Assembly (NCBI GenBank): GCA_000004985.1
Contig: GG738902.1
Strand: one strand, 5' to 3'
From: Naegleria gruberi
Taxonomy: Eukaryota
DNA: 64,000 bases
Part shown: in pieces, positions 1-11,856 of the stretch
How positions within the stretch are numbered: the first letter of the stretch is position 1
Layout: each line of letters opens with the position of its first letter
Notes under the pieces: model-generated
Seen by the model: only the letters and a program-made list of their open reading frames with translations
What the model was told of the DNA's origin: nothing
Database searches by the model: none
Translations under genes and position numbers: made by a program

Positions 1-64
1 AACTACCAGCAGCAGTTATCTATTCGAATGGATAGATGGATTATCACCCCAACAACGATTAAAC

Positions 65-481
65 ATGTTGTTGTGTGTTTTGAAAATGCTAACTGGCACT
101 GTTTCAAATACCAGCTGCAATCATGCTACTCCACTCCTTCACGAAAGTCTAAATAATCATCACATGCTAGATTTTACAATTCAATCCAATCAAGTTTTTT
201 CTGCTCCAACAGATAAAGACCAGATATCGAACTCAATCTCAACATCATCATCATCAGAAGAAGAAGTGGAGAAACCAAACACATTGCTAATTGTAGAAAA
301 TGGAAAACAACGAAAGAATACAGTGAAGAATGCTTCAAAAAACAATAGTTCGACAAAGATTACAAAAAGGAATAGAAATATTAGAAAAAGATATCAAACA
401 TTGGTGCTTTCCTTCTTTAATGAACCGTTCAAGATTCAAACGGTGGAAAGTATGAAATCGAAATTTGCCAACAAGGCTTAA
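65..481 (+). CDS. Possible 3' coding exon of a gene that starts upstream of the window; basic Ser/Asn/Lys-rich low-complexity product
   Basis: The frame is open from position 2 through the stop at 481. There is no convincing start context and no recognisable domain. Confidence 0.2.
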   Translation: MLLCVLKMLTGTVSNTSCNHATPLLHESLNNHHMLDFTIQSNQVFSAPTDKDQISNSISTSSSSEEEVEKPNTLLIVENGKQRKNTVKNASKNNSSTKITKRNRNIRKRYQTLVLSFFNEPFKIQTVESMKSKFANKA

Positions 482-736
482 TTGTTCTTGTAAAGTTGTA
501 CTAATAAGAAGCATTATGAAAATCATCGTAAAGCAAATAAGTTGGAATGAGAATAAACAGCTGAAGTTATACTAAACTTGACTAAATTAAAATCTTTTTA
601 ATCTAACGCCATTCCTAAATGGTTCAATTCAAACTTTGTGAATAAGGTGCAAGCTTATGTAAAGCAAATTAATTACACGAGACTGACTTATTGTTGCATT
701 CGTCCACTTTCTATTTTTGCAATAATTTGAAAAAAA

Positions 737-2605
737 ATGTCACTCACAGATCTTCCCAGAGAAATATTTCTTCTAGTTCATTCCTACACTGATTTTCAAA
801 CTATTCTAAACCTGCGCTCAGTTTCCAAATATTTATCCATTGTGAATAAATATTATCAATCGGAAATTGTGAATTTCACTAAAGATTATTCCGAATATTA
901 TTCACTTGGAGAGATTCTATTAGATTTTAGAGGAAAGGACAATTTAATGTCACTAGTCGAACCATCAATCATGTTTTTTGATGAAAATATTGAAAAGATC
1001 GAATCTGTCATATTGAATTTGGATCAATGCACAACACAAAGTTTAGGATTTATTGGAAGTTTATTCGGTAATAATTGTAATCTCATTTCTGATTTGAAAT
1101 TGGATTTGTGGTTTTCCAGAAAAATCAAATTTGAAAAAATTGATGTAAAATTCATTTCAAAATTTGAAAAATTGCAAAATCTTTCAATGGTTTTGGTTCA
1201 TGCCAATGAATGTGTGGATTTGATTTTTGATGAGTTGGAAAGAGGAAAATTTAATGAATTGAAGAAATTCGAATTGGCCATTCGTTGCACCACTTTATTG
1301 AGTCCTCAAATTTTGAGATTGGCTAATATTTTGGAACAAATGAAAACGTTGAAACACTTGACATTGGAAATATTACACGTACAACCTTCACAAAAAGCAA
1401 TGAATACTTTGATAGAGTCACTCTATTATATTCCATTTCTCAATCTTAGAGTAAAGTTGAATGCTCAATTCACGATGGAACCATTGCGTAATCTTTCTGG
1501 GAAATGTAGAGAGCTTTCCATGAAAATTGAAAATGGAGGAGCCACTCAGGAAATTTATTTGGATCAGGTTAAGAATTTGGCAAAATTAGAGATTGATTCT
1601 TTGCCAAACTCTCGTGCAATGTTGAATTCATATATGAAGGAATTGATTATTGGGGATTATGCTTCAAATTTGCAACAACTTTTAAAGAATGATTTTCTCT
1701 TGGGAAATACTTTTGACAATTTGAAGAGATTGGAATTGATTCATGTTGGAAATGTATTGGATGCTCCTAATGTATTTCCATCTTTGGAATATGTACATTG
1801 TTCAAATTGCTCGTTTAGGAGTAGCATTGAGTTCTTTTCTAATAGTAGAAAATTGAAGAGTTTAGTGTTGAAATTTTGTGTTTTTGAAACAAGATCTACA
1901 ACAGAATTGAGGTGCAAAGAATTGGAAGAATTGGACATTACCACCTCTGGTACCTGCACTAAATTTCTTGATATTCCTGCATTGAGAGGACTGAAACTCA
2001 AAAAACTAACCATCTTTCCTGTAACCACATTTTTAGCTTATTCAAACTTTGTATCCAATGCAAGTCAGACATTAGTGGACCTATCAGCTATTGAGGAAAT
2101 GTCAAGTTTGGAATATTTGAATTTAGGAGAATATTACGACAAGTTTTCTTTTGACAAGTTGACTAATCTGAAATATTTGGAGATTCGAGATGTTAGATCT
2201 GAGGGGATTTTATCATTTTGTACAAATGACCATTTACTTCATAATTGCATTATTCATTTTGAAAATACTTATGTGAGGGATATTTTTCCAACTTATTCAG
2301 AAAATGGAATTGCTAAGGTTGACAAGTCAATTCATCGATTAATTATTTCCAAATTGAAAGGGTTGGGTTGTCATGTGAAAGGTGTTAAATTTGTTATAAT
2401 ATCAACAAAGTATATCTACGTTTCTTTCCATGTGCAATCCAAGAAACAATTGGTTTATTCATTTCCTAGTTTCATTCTAATTAGTAGAAAGCAACCATAT
2501 TCAATTTTGGCAAGTGGAAGAAGTTTCGAAAAGAAACAAGAAAAATTCGAAGATTCATGGGATATACCTCCAAATGTCGACCAAAATAAATGTGATATCC
2601 AATAA
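737..2605 (+). CDS. F-box-like / leucine-rich-repeat protein
   Basis: ATG at 737 sits in A-rich context. N-terminal LPREIFLLVHSYTDFQTILNLRSVSKYL fits an F-box-like motif, followed by many L-x-x-L-x-L repeat units. 622 aa. Confidence 0.55.
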   Translation: MSLTDLPREIFLLVHSYTDFQTILNLRSVSKYLSIVNKYYQSEIVNFTKDYSEYYSLGEILLDFRGKDNLMSLVEPSIMFFDENIEKIESVILNLDQCTTQSLGFIGSLFGNNCNLISDLKLDLWFSRKIKFEKIDVKFISKFEKLQNLSMVLVHANECVDLIFDELERGKFNELKKFELAIRCTTLLSPQILRLANILEQMKTLKHLTLEILHVQPSQKAMNTLIESLYYIPFLNLRVKLNAQFTMEPLRNLSGKCRELSMKIENGGATQEIYLDQVKNLAKLEIDSLPNSRAMLNSYMKELIIGDYASNLQQLLKNDFLLGNTFDNLKRLELIHVGNVLDAPNVFPSLEYVHCSNCSFRSSIEFFSNSRKLKSLVLKFCVFETRSTTELRCKELEELDITTSGTCTKFLDIPALRGLKLKKLTIFPVTTFLAYSNFVSNASQTLVDLSAIEEMSSLEYLNLGEYYDKFSFDKLTNLKYLEIRDVRSEGILSFCTNDHLLHNCIIHFENTYVRDIFPTYSENGIAKVDKSIHRLIISKLKGLGCHVKGVKFVIISTKYIYVSFHVQSKKQLVYSFPSFILISRKQPYSILASGRSFEKKQEKFEDSWDIPPNVDQNKCDIQ

Positions 2606-2951
2606 TACAAACTAATCAAACTAATCTTTGACCTTTCCATTCATTCTTAATATTTCCACATTAATGTGGGAATCTCTTTTTGTGAAAAAAACAGCAGCAC
2701 TGTTGGAAATTCATTCATATCCAATAATATCCATCGAACCAGATAATGACCAATGTTGGAATAATAAACTAGCTCATTATCCGTTATTATCACAGGAAGA
2801 TTGGCAACTTTTATATGTTGATATGCACAACTTTTTAATCTAAGATACTACCATACTACCACCAATAACTTTCTCTGGAGGTGGCATCCTCCTCAAGCTG
2901 AGGGTTCATTCGAATTTGTTGAAGAATCTTAATAAAATTAAGAAAACAAAA

Positions 2952-4796
2952 ATGATATCGAACAAAACAATTCAATCCGTTGATGAAGTGGTCGTAGAGA
3001 ATGAATCTCCCTTATCATGCTCACAATTAGAAAATTGTGGTTTTGTTGTTGTAATGTATCTCATGAGAACCAAAGATATGAACATTATTGTAGCGAATGG
3101 AGAGGGACCCTTTCCTTCTCTTCCACCACCTTCCGAAACAACTTCTCTCTCCTACGGCCAAGTGGATAAAGAACAGCAGAAAGGCTTGTGGTATTTTCTA
3201 TTTGGTAATAGTAGGGATAATAGTAAAAAGCCGGAGAAGAAACATGCTCTGTTTGTGAGGGATTTACGACTTGATGAATGTCATGGAGTGGAAAGTCGAA
3301 GAGTTGAGATGAGGAGATTATATTCAAAGTTTGAAATTGTTCTTCAAATTGTTAGGGGGGTGGAGTATGTTTTGCTACCACGAAATTGGTATGACATATC
3401 ATGTTGGAGAGAAAGACTTGGTAATGACATTTTTGGTCTCTCTTTGAGGAATAGAAAGTTTCCAGTATTCGAAACATCAATCAGATATGGAAATGCTTAC
3501 TTGACGGATTATGGAACCAAGTTTGGTATTCCAGAAATTGAGCAGAATGTGATTTTTAATTATTCAAAATGCACCAACGAACAAAGAGTGAAAATGGTTG
3601 AAAAAGTATACGAAATAGACTTTAAAAATGTTGAAATTCATCCTCTTTATTTCATTTTTGCATTTACAGAGTTTGGAAAGAGTTTGAGATATTTCAAATT
3701 GTTAAAAAAATTTGGGAAATCACCTTCTCCATATTTGGAAACCATCTTGTCAAGCAACTCCTTAAAATTCATAAGCAAATATGATTTAGACATTATTAGA
3801 CACTTTAAGTTTTGGCTTCACGTCCCAATCAATGTTTGGTATTTTGAAACTACTGATTTCTCAGACAGTATTAAGGTTGGAGAATATGATTCAACACCAA
3901 TTCGTAGAATCGATTGGTTGAAGGAAAGATTGCTAAGTGATGATTTACAGACTCCTTTCGAGATTGAACATTCTGATGGTATTGACATTTCATTTGGTAA
4001 AGCAGGAGATGAAATAGTGCAACGAATGAATTTGGCTGTAATAGAAAAGTGTTATTACAAGCAGGAATATTTATCTTGCAGATTAGTTGAACTGGATGAT
4101 GGAAATTCACATGCAAATCAAGATGTTTATCCAATATTTTGGAGAGAGGACACTTTTGTAATTCACTCTGAAAACTTGCAATTGTTGTGTGAGAATCTAC
4201 TCAACATTGTTTCAATGATTGTTAAAAATTGGGATTTAACTGTTGAAGAAGATGTTCCTTTTTTGGATTATGATTTGGTGGATATGAGATATTTATATAG
4301 AATTGAATTAAGTTTAAAACAGTCAAAGATTATTAGCTCCAAATTATCTCAACATCTAGACAGTTTCAATTTAACTCCTAAACAATTAGAAAGTGCAAAT
4401 TGTGTTGTAAAGACAATTACAAGTCAAATTAGAAATGTCGAAATGATGGCAATGTCACTATTACAATTAAGCAACCAATACGAAAAAGACTTGTTTGTGA
4501 AAATTCCTCACAGATTTCAAGCCATCATTATGTTAAGTGAATGGATTGATCACTGTTTGGATTTCACGCATTCAATTCAAGGATATTTCTTACAATATTT
4601 CAATTTTCCAAATCAAATTGACAAATATTTCAGCGATATTGTTATTGAAAAGTTGATCATGAAACAAATCAAAACTCAGGACATTTATGAAATGGCAAAA
4701 TACCTGTCCATCATGTCAACTGCCATACAACATGATCTATTTTTGTATCATGCTGGATGGATTATTGATGCTTTTTCTGCTTGGATTGAGAAATAA
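2952..4796 (+). CDS. Hypothetical protein (about 614 aa), no recognised domain
   Basis: Long uninterrupted ORF. The track start at 2916 is TTG. The first in-frame ATG, at 2952, follows an A-run. Confidence 0.45.
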   Translation: MISNKTIQSVDEVVVENESPLSCSQLENCGFVVVMYLMRTKDMNIIVANGEGPFPSLPPPSETTSLSYGQVDKEQQKGLWYFLFGNSRDNSKKPEKKHALFVRDLRLDECHGVESRRVEMRRLYSKFEIVLQIVRGVEYVLLPRNWYDISCWRERLGNDIFGLSLRNRKFPVFETSIRYGNAYLTDYGTKFGIPEIEQNVIFNYSKCTNEQRVKMVEKVYEIDFKNVEIHPLYFIFAFTEFGKSLRYFKLLKKFGKSPSPYLETILSSNSLKFISKYDLDIIRHFKFWLHVPINVWYFETTDFSDSIKVGEYDSTPIRRIDWLKERLLSDDLQTPFEIEHSDGIDISFGKAGDEIVQRMNLAVIEKCYYKQEYLSCRLVELDDGNSHANQDVYPIFWREDTFVIHSENLQLLCENLLNIVSMIVKNWDLTVEEDVPFLDYDLVDMRYLYRIELSLKQSKIISSKLSQHLDSFNLTPKQLESANCVVKTITSQIRNVEMMAMSLLQLSNQYEKDLFVKIPHRFQAIIMLSEWIDHCLDFTHSIQGYFLQYFNFPNQIDKYFSDIVIEKLIMKQIKTQDIYEMAKYLSIMSTAIQHDLFLYHAGWIIDAFSAWIEK

Positions 4797-5077
4797 ATTT
4801 CACTAATGGATTAAGGACATTTATTTTTCTTTTTAGCTAAAAGAACAATTACACACACCAAGAAAATAAAACCACAAGAAAAGAAAGCACCATTTCTTGT
4901 TTTTTTCAATATAATATTTGAGTAATTGTGTGAATTGGTAGAAAACACAGTTTTCGCTTGAGAAGACAAAAAAATAAAAATAGCAAATCCAAAAAAACTT
5001 GCTGCTGCAAATTTTTCTCCTTCAAAACCAAATATAAACTTGGAACATAAATTTATAAACAAAAAAAACAACAAAAC

Positions 5078-6553
5078 ATGAAAATTATTGAACAAGAAGA
5101 TATGTTAGAAGAAGAACTTGTTGTAATCCATTTGGATACTTCCATTTTCAGTCCACTCCTCAAATCAACAACAGACAACCAATCCAAATTATTAAAGCAC
5201 TGGTGTATGGAGGCAGATCTATTCAAATATTCCATCATTACACCTCTGGAATATTGTATTGAACAACCAAACCTTAATGGACAGTATTGCAAAATTAGTA
5301 AAGCTCCCTATGTATACTCTAAGAAACTACCATTGGAAGAGGAGGGATCGAAATGGATATGGGGTATGGATTCGATATTTGTACCAGATTATGTTGGTTC
5401 AAAACATGGCTCCTTATTGAGTGTTAAACAATCAACAAATAACGATGAAATAATTTGTGAAAAAGAAACTGAAAGATCAGATGCAACTATTCCAGTTGTT
5501 GTAGAGATGAGAAACAATAGAGAGTTTATGATGGAGAGTGTACAGAAAAATGGTTTATTACTTTATTATGCTCATCCTGATTTACTTTTTGATCAAGAAT
5601 TATTATTGGAAGCCATAAGAAATAATGTATCTGCTTTCCAATATGTTCCATATAATCTCAGAAGAGATGAACAATTCTTAAAAAGAGCTATTGAAAAATG
5701 TGGAGATGTGTTTTTATACCTTACTGGAGAGTGGAGAAAGAGAAATGATTTATACGAAATATCTTTGAGAACATGTGAAAACAAGCTAAAACTATTCGAA
5801 AGATTGGATCCTTCAATTAGAATGAATTATGCACCCAGTATGGTATCAAACTATTGGAGAGCAATCTATTTCCTCAACCCTTCAGACTCTCGATACTCTC
5901 AACTAATCCAGATTATTCTCAATTCGAATCAAGTTTCTGACTCTGAATTAATCAATTCAAATTTAATAACCAACAGGAAAGATTTATGGAAATATCTCGA
6001 TATTTCTTATAGGGCACTTATCTTGGCTAAAAGAGAGTGCATTGATAATGAAGCAATCATTAAGGCATTGAGAAGTAATATGATCATTTCCAACTATCTA
6101 TCGTATTACCAATGGAATGCAATCAAGGAAAATCATTCTCTTATAATGGAAATAATTCAAAATCCAATAGAATTAACAATTGAAGCTGCAACATTTATTA
6201 TTAAAAATTCTAATCGGGATAATGTCAGAGCACTCGTAAAAAGATATCCTTTTCTAGCAGAAAAGGTTACTGAGGTGAAAATGATGTTTGATCCTTATAT
6301 TCTTAGATATTTGCCGTCAAACAAACAATATGAAACTATTCGAAAGTGTGCCAAACTAATAATGGATGAAAAAGAGTATTTCGAAACAGTAGGATATTAT
6401 TTCCAAGGAAGCAGTGCCCTCGCCTGGATTTTAAGAGAAAGATTTACCATATCACATCCTGGCTTGGTCATTCCTTACCATAGATTTGGAAAAAAACTCG
6501 ACTGTCAACCAATTTGTTGGGATTTTGAGTTGTGGTATGAGAGTATCAACTAA
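5078..6553 (+). CDS. DUF4116-repeat protein
   Basis: ATG after an A-run. It carries repeated approx. 35-aa units of the form YAxxxLRxDxEFxLxAIxxNxxAFQYVP, typical of DUF4116 repeats. A paralogous repeat block sits in the gene at 56540..58231. Confidence 0.55.
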   Translation: MKIIEQEDMLEEELVVIHLDTSIFSPLLKSTTDNQSKLLKHWCMEADLFKYSIITPLEYCIEQPNLNGQYCKISKAPYVYSKKLPLEEEGSKWIWGMDSIFVPDYVGSKHGSLLSVKQSTNNDEIICEKETERSDATIPVVVEMRNNREFMMESVQKNGLLLYYAHPDLLFDQELLLEAIRNNVSAFQYVPYNLRRDEQFLKRAIEKCGDVFLYLTGEWRKRNDLYEISLRTCENKLKLFERLDPSIRMNYAPSMVSNYWRAIYFLNPSDSRYSQLIQIILNSNQVSDSELINSNLITNRKDLWKYLDISYRALILAKRECIDNEAIIKALRSNMIISNYLSYYQWNAIKENHSLIMEIIQNPIELTIEAATFIIKNSNRDNVRALVKRYPFLAEKVTEVKMMFDPYILRYLPSNKQYETIRKCAKLIMDEKEYFETVGYYFQGSSALAWILRERFTISHPGLVIPYHRFGKKLDCQPICWDFELWYESIN

Positions 6554-6781
6554 ATAAAAACCGACTATAGGTCTAGTGTAATTTCCTAACTAAGTAAAAT
6601 TCAAAATATGCCATCCTCAAGTAGGCCACACAATAAATCTGATCGATTTTCAACTGAAATGCTCGATATATTTAAAGCTCCTATCTAAACTTTCGAGTTG
6701 GGTGTGGAGCATTCTATTGTTTGATTTAAAAATAACATTTGAAACCATCTATTTTGTTTTAAAGATATTTAAATTTAATGT

Positions 6782-9700
6782 TTACAAAAATCCTTTGACT
6801 TCATCATACCCTGGTTGATCAATTTCTTCAGCAAGTTCGCCTGACTTGTATTGTTCATAGTGCTTTGGTGTTAAAAGTCCCATATCTACCAACTGTGTAA
6901 GGAGTGGCTTAATGCTTTCAAACTTATTACGAATAAAACAGGCATATTGACTGATACCCAAAATTGTAATTTCATCTCCATCTTCGAGCTTTTCCTTGAC
7001 TTGATCCTTCAGTAATGCTTGGAATGATTCAACGTTTTGAACTGGATCTTCATGCAATGATGAATTAAGGATACCAGAGATGATTTGTTCGATAGACAAT
7101 AAATTAATGTAATCATCAACTTCTTCCTTTTCGTTAATCTTCTTATTGAAGAAGACAGATGGTTCAAAACATCCATAACAGTTTTCTTCAACCAATTCGC
7201 AGAATTTGGAGTAGTAATCACCATTTGGCTTCAATACGTTCATAATATCCATGACACTATTTACCAAGTGCTTTCCAGCTTCAACCTCACTCAAAACAAG
7301 ATGGTTTTCAAGTTCATCTTCATAGTTAGCAAGAATCTTCTTCAAATCATCATTTAATTCACATTCAGACTTGACAGAAGCAAAAACATTCTTGAGAATA
7401 TCAAATGCGTGTTCTTCTTGCAATGGAGCATCTTCATCCAAAACAACTGTAACCAAAATATCGTACAAACAGTTAAAAGGCAAAACTTTTTCGAAAAGGA
7501 GTCTACCAAAGAGTTTACCAGTATATGGGAACAACTCTGGAATATCAACGTATGTTTCTTCTTGGACAGATGAAAGCAAGTATGAAATCAAGCCATCAAC
7601 GAAAACTGTCTCAGTAACAAGTGGTTCAGCACCTTGAGTCAATCTCTTGCACAACTTGACACAATCGCTGAGTTCAGCATCTCTACTATTTTCACAAGCA
7701 CAGAGGGCAAGAGTCTTAGCAAAGTGGTGTGATTTGAACAAGTTTTCTTTGGTGATAGTTTCAATTGTATCTTCAATCTCTCCTTCTTCAAAGAAGTTAT
7801 TAATAATTCTCTTGGTCTTTTCAGTTGTTTCCTTAATTTGTTCTTCAGTTTCTTCTGGAACAACTTCAACTTCTTCAATAACTTCTTCTTCTTCTTCTTC
7901 ACTGACTGGTTCCTTTTCTTCTTCATCTTCCAAAAGTGAGAAAGAATTCAAATCCTTCTTGCTTTGAGTTGGAGATGGAGCCTTTGTGATCAAGTTACCA
8001 CCACCTGGAGCCAAAGTCTTCTTAGCATCCATCTTTCTGTATCTTTCAGCTTGCAAACCAGATTGCTTATTATTATTATTATTATTATTATTATTGTATA
8101 CAGTCTTAGTCTTGACAGTTGTCTTTCTATTGTGGTGATGCTTTTCAATCTTCTTAATTTGATCCATTTGTTGCTTAACAGCATCATCTCTGGCTTCTTG
8201 TCTAGTCTTGGTAGCCTTTGTCTTTTCAATTCTGGCAACCCAGTTATTAATTCTCATATCAATAACATCTCTAAGCATAAATCTGAGACGAGAGGCAAGG
8301 TTATCCTTATCTTGAGCAAGGGTTTCCATTTTACCAAAGTAATAATTGACATATTTCTTTGACTTTTCATGATCCAATTTGCTACCAATAGTAGTCAATA
8401 AACGACACAAAAGTTCAATATCATCAGAAGATGGATATGGAGTTGGATTAACGAGCAATCTCTTGATAACTTCATGCATAATCTTTTCACTAAGCATATC
8501 TTGCAAATAAAGTTCACCAATGAAAATCATGTTACCAACTTTCTTCTTTCTCAATAAGAATTCCTTTTCTTCAACTTCCTCAGGGCTCAAGCCAACTTGA
8601 GCTGCCTTTTCAAGTTCTTCCTTCTTTTCATTTTCGAATTCTTTTTGACATTTGTTCAATAACAATCTCTTGAATTGTTTAGTATTTTCTTCTCCAATTC
8701 TTTCCTTAAGTTCGTTACTTAAATCAGCACACAACTTGGCATAGAGAGCAGAGAAGTTTTGAAGGTTAATAGCGAAAATGAAAATTTGATCAATAATACC
8801 ATTCAAAACAGCTTCATCACCTGGCTTCTTAATACAAGCATTTAAGAATTCAATCTTAAGTCTTTCATAGTTTTCAGGTGTCAATCTGTTAAGAATAAAT
8901 TTAACTTCATCAACAATGACTTCATCCTCAGGCTTATCCTTTGACAATTTCAAGGCATTTTGAGACTTTGAAAGCTTTTCATAAGAACCTTGCTTTCTAT
9001 TTGTTGCTCCTTTTCCACCACGAGCACCTCCTCTATTATTTTCGAATCCACCACGTCCTCCTCTTGAACTGGCTCCTCCACGAGTGGTACCACCTCTTCC
9101 ACCTTGGCCTCCGCCACGTCCACCACCTCTACCTTGACCACCTTTGTTGAATCCACCAGCCATAGCCATTGATGATGAAGCGCCCTTTGAAATAAGGAAA
9201 ATTTCACCCATACCTTTAAGCTTTTCTGGAGCTTCAGTGCAAACATCTCTGAATTTAAGGAGATAATCTCTAGAGTAAACCTTGCTACTTGGTTCGGTTT
9301 CTCCTTCTTCCTCTTCCTCTTCACTAGAATCTTCCATTCCGTCGATTTCGCTTGGATCTTCCTTGATGACTTTATCTTCATCAATATCTGAAGATTTAGA
9401 ATTATCAAAGGTTTCTTCACCTTCAAGTGTTGTTGGAGTTTCAGTATATTCACTAATTGGTGTTTGTGGTGTTTCCAGTTCAGTTTGTTTTTCTTCAACT
9501 GGTGTAGCTTCCTCAGTTTGTTTTGGAGCTTCCTCAACAATTGGTTCAGTAGTAGCTGTTGTTGTTGCAGTTTCAGTAGTTTCAGTAGTTGTTGATATTG
9601 TTACTGGTGTTGTTGTTGTTGATGTTGTTGTAGCTTCAGTAGTTGAAGCTGTTTCATTTGATGACTTATCATCAAGAATATTAACCTCTTTACCACTCTT

Positions 9701-9924
9701 TGGGTCAGCAATTACAATCTTTGACGATCTTGCTGGTTTAACAATCTCACTAGAAGTTGTACTCTTTGGTTCACTACTAGGATAACCATAAGGTGGATAA
9801 CCAACAGGTGGGATTGGATATCCCATAGCTGGTTGCATCTGTGGATAGAAGATTGGTTGTTGATGTTGTGGATAAGTGTTTTTAACATAAGTCTTGTGTT
9901 CAGGTATTTTGCTGTGGTTATGTT
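6782..9924 (-). CDS. Eukaryotic translation initiation factor 4G (MIF4G, MA3 and W2 domains), main 3' exon
   Basis: It has the eIF4E-binding YxxxxL-phi motif (YSRDYLLKF), an RGG/RGGG box, MIF4G-like and MA3-like helical repeats, and a W2-like acidic C-terminus. A (TTA)n-encoded poly-Asn tract is present. Internal Met at 9838. Minus-strand acceptor (CAG) at 9927..9925, exon beginning at 9924. Confidence 0.8.
8067..8095. repeat. (TTA)n microsatellite inside the eIF4G CDS, encoding poly-Asn on the minus strand
   Basis: About 9.5 perfect TTA units. It translates to NNNNNNNNNN in the eIF4G frame. Confidence 0.9.
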
Positions 9925-10007
9925 CTGTATATGATCCGATTAAATGATATTATTCATCAAATTATTAATATTATTAATAAAAATAAAATTCAATTTAAAT
10001 AACTTAC

Positions 10008-10428
10008 GAGGTGTATGTTCAGAAATAGCTGGTGGAGCACTGGCTGTTCTTTGAATGTGATTACCAATATCAGCATTTCTGACAGAATTGAGTGAAGGAT
10101 TATTATAAGATTGTTGGACTACAACAGGAGGTTCGTAGTTGGCAGGAGGTGTATAAGTAGTATTTGTATTAGTGTTATTATTACTTTGGTAGGATTGGTT
10201 TGAAGAACCTTGGTATCCTCCTCTACCACCGCCTCTACCACCTCTGTTGTTTGAAGAACCTCCTCTGTTGCCACCACCTCTTGAGCCTCCTCTACCAGAC
10301 GAAGAACCACCTCTTGGTTGATGATGAGAGGCTCCTTGAGAATGGGAAGAAGCTGAAGAAGATTGATAGCCTCCTTTTGAATTACCAGAAGAAGGTTTGG
10401 AATTGTTTTGGTTGTTGTGAGTAGACAT
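10008..10428 (-). CDS. Probable 5' exon of the eIF4G gene (Gly/Arg/Ser/Asn-rich N-terminus)
   Basis: ATG at 10428 on the minus strand. The minus-strand GTAAGT donor sits at 10007..10002. A CAG acceptor at 9927..9925 puts the codon phase (1) in frame with the downstream eIF4G ORF, with no stops across the junction. The exon encodes RGG repeats typical of eIF4G N-termini. Confidence 0.5.
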
Positions 10429-10739
10429 TTTTTTCACGACAAAGTTTAAATTTATCTTGAGGTGATTCTTGGAGAGTGCTGTTGCTTACCGATGATGATT
10501 AAAATGAGGAAGGAATCTTTTTCAGAGAGAGAAAAGAATATTGTATGATGCAATTTGTGTGCTAATTAATTTGGCAATCCATTCTCTCTCTTGGAGTACA
10601 AAGAAATGATGATGATAATAATAATAGATATTAATAATAACAATACACCTCGAGATTGAATCATCACCATAAAGCGAATTTCAAAAAAAATTATTTTAAA
10701 AATTATTTGAAAAATATTAATAATTAATATTAATAAAAA

Positions 10740-11402
10740 ATGAACAATAATCAAACTTTAATATCATCATCGGATTTGAATGGTAATTTGATGGAACAAA
10801 ATCAATTAAAGGAAGAAATTCAAAATGATTCTGCTTCGGTAATGACAGGAAATGAGGATAATATGGATACAAATGATGATGGAGCTGTGGAAATTGAATC
10901 AAGTGATGACGAAGATGATGTCAATCCTTCAGAAAAGGAATACCTTTTGGTGGATCATCCTAATTTTGCCAGCTTACAAAGAGAAAAAGATCGTGTTTTA
11001 TACTTGTTGGAACTAGGAATGACTTTTATTGAATCATTAACAAAAGCCACAAGAGAAAATATGTCTGTGGATGAAGCAATTAGTGATTGTAAAGACAATA
11101 TCTCTGATTATTATGATACATTATCGGAAATTAAGACAAACATGTCTAAACTTATTTGCATGTCATCATTTCATTCGCCTCTAAATTATGAAGGATCATT
11201 GTATTCTGAAAGAAAGAGAATTGAAATTAACAACAAGAAGGCAAAAATTTTAAAATTTGAAACATCAATAGGGAAATCAGGAGCTTATAATGATGATTTT
11301 TCTTCTGTGAATGCATTCAATAATAACAATAATAATTTGGATAACATTTCTCAATCTAATATTTCCTATGGACACACTGCACAAACTCCAAACAAGATGT
11401 AA
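10740..11402 (+). CDS. Hypothetical acidic protein (220 aa)
   Basis: ATG after a long A/T run. Asp/Glu-rich. No recognised domain. Confidence 0.4.
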   Translation: MNNNQTLISSSDLNGNLMEQNQLKEEIQNDSASVMTGNEDNMDTNDDGAVEIESSDDEDDVNPSEKEYLLVDHPNFASLQREKDRVLYLLELGMTFIESLTKATRENMSVDEAISDCKDNISDYYDTLSEIKTNMSKLICMSSFHSPLNYEGSLYSERKRIEINNKKAKILKFETSIGKSGAYNDDFSSVNAFNNNNNNLDNISQSNISYGHTAQTPNKM

Positions 11403-11856
11403 AATATAAACTAATTTATTTCTGTACAAATTCAATTTGAATAATTCTAAAAGAAATTTAATTATTTTGGAAAATATCTTTTTCGAATTTAATTCCAAAA
11501 TTGTAAACTGAGAGTTCATCCATACAGTTGAGCAGCACATTTCATTTTGAATAAAAAGTAAAATATTCAAATAATTCCACTTTACAAACCAAAACATCGC
11601 CTCAATTGATCATTATCCATTTACCAAACACTTCCTTATTTTTCCACCTTCCCTACTAGAATCCACAATGAGGCTACTCCAAAACTTTTCAAATAGCTTT
11701 CCTTTTACTTTCCAAGTGACATGACTAGTTGGACATTTGTCGGCGTTGTCGTCACGAACAAGTAAATTTAGCTCCCTCAACGTCCATTTGATTATGAAGA
11801 AACATCATCCATGACGCAATTCAATATTAATAGTAAAAAAAGGTTTCAACAACAAT

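Noticed and set aside
2860-2925. tRNA-like T-arm resemblance (gagggttcattcgaat).
   Set aside because: No complementary T-stem, no acceptor stem and no anticodon arm can be drawn. No convincing tRNA exists anywhere in the window.
7639-9785. Several ORFs of 80-200 aa on both strands overlapping eIF4G (7639..7926, 7647..7967, 7964..8362, 8950..9540, 9282..9785).
   Set aside because: They are alternate-frame or antisense readings of the Lys/Glu/Ser/Thr-rich low-complexity eIF4G coding sequence. They have no independent signals.
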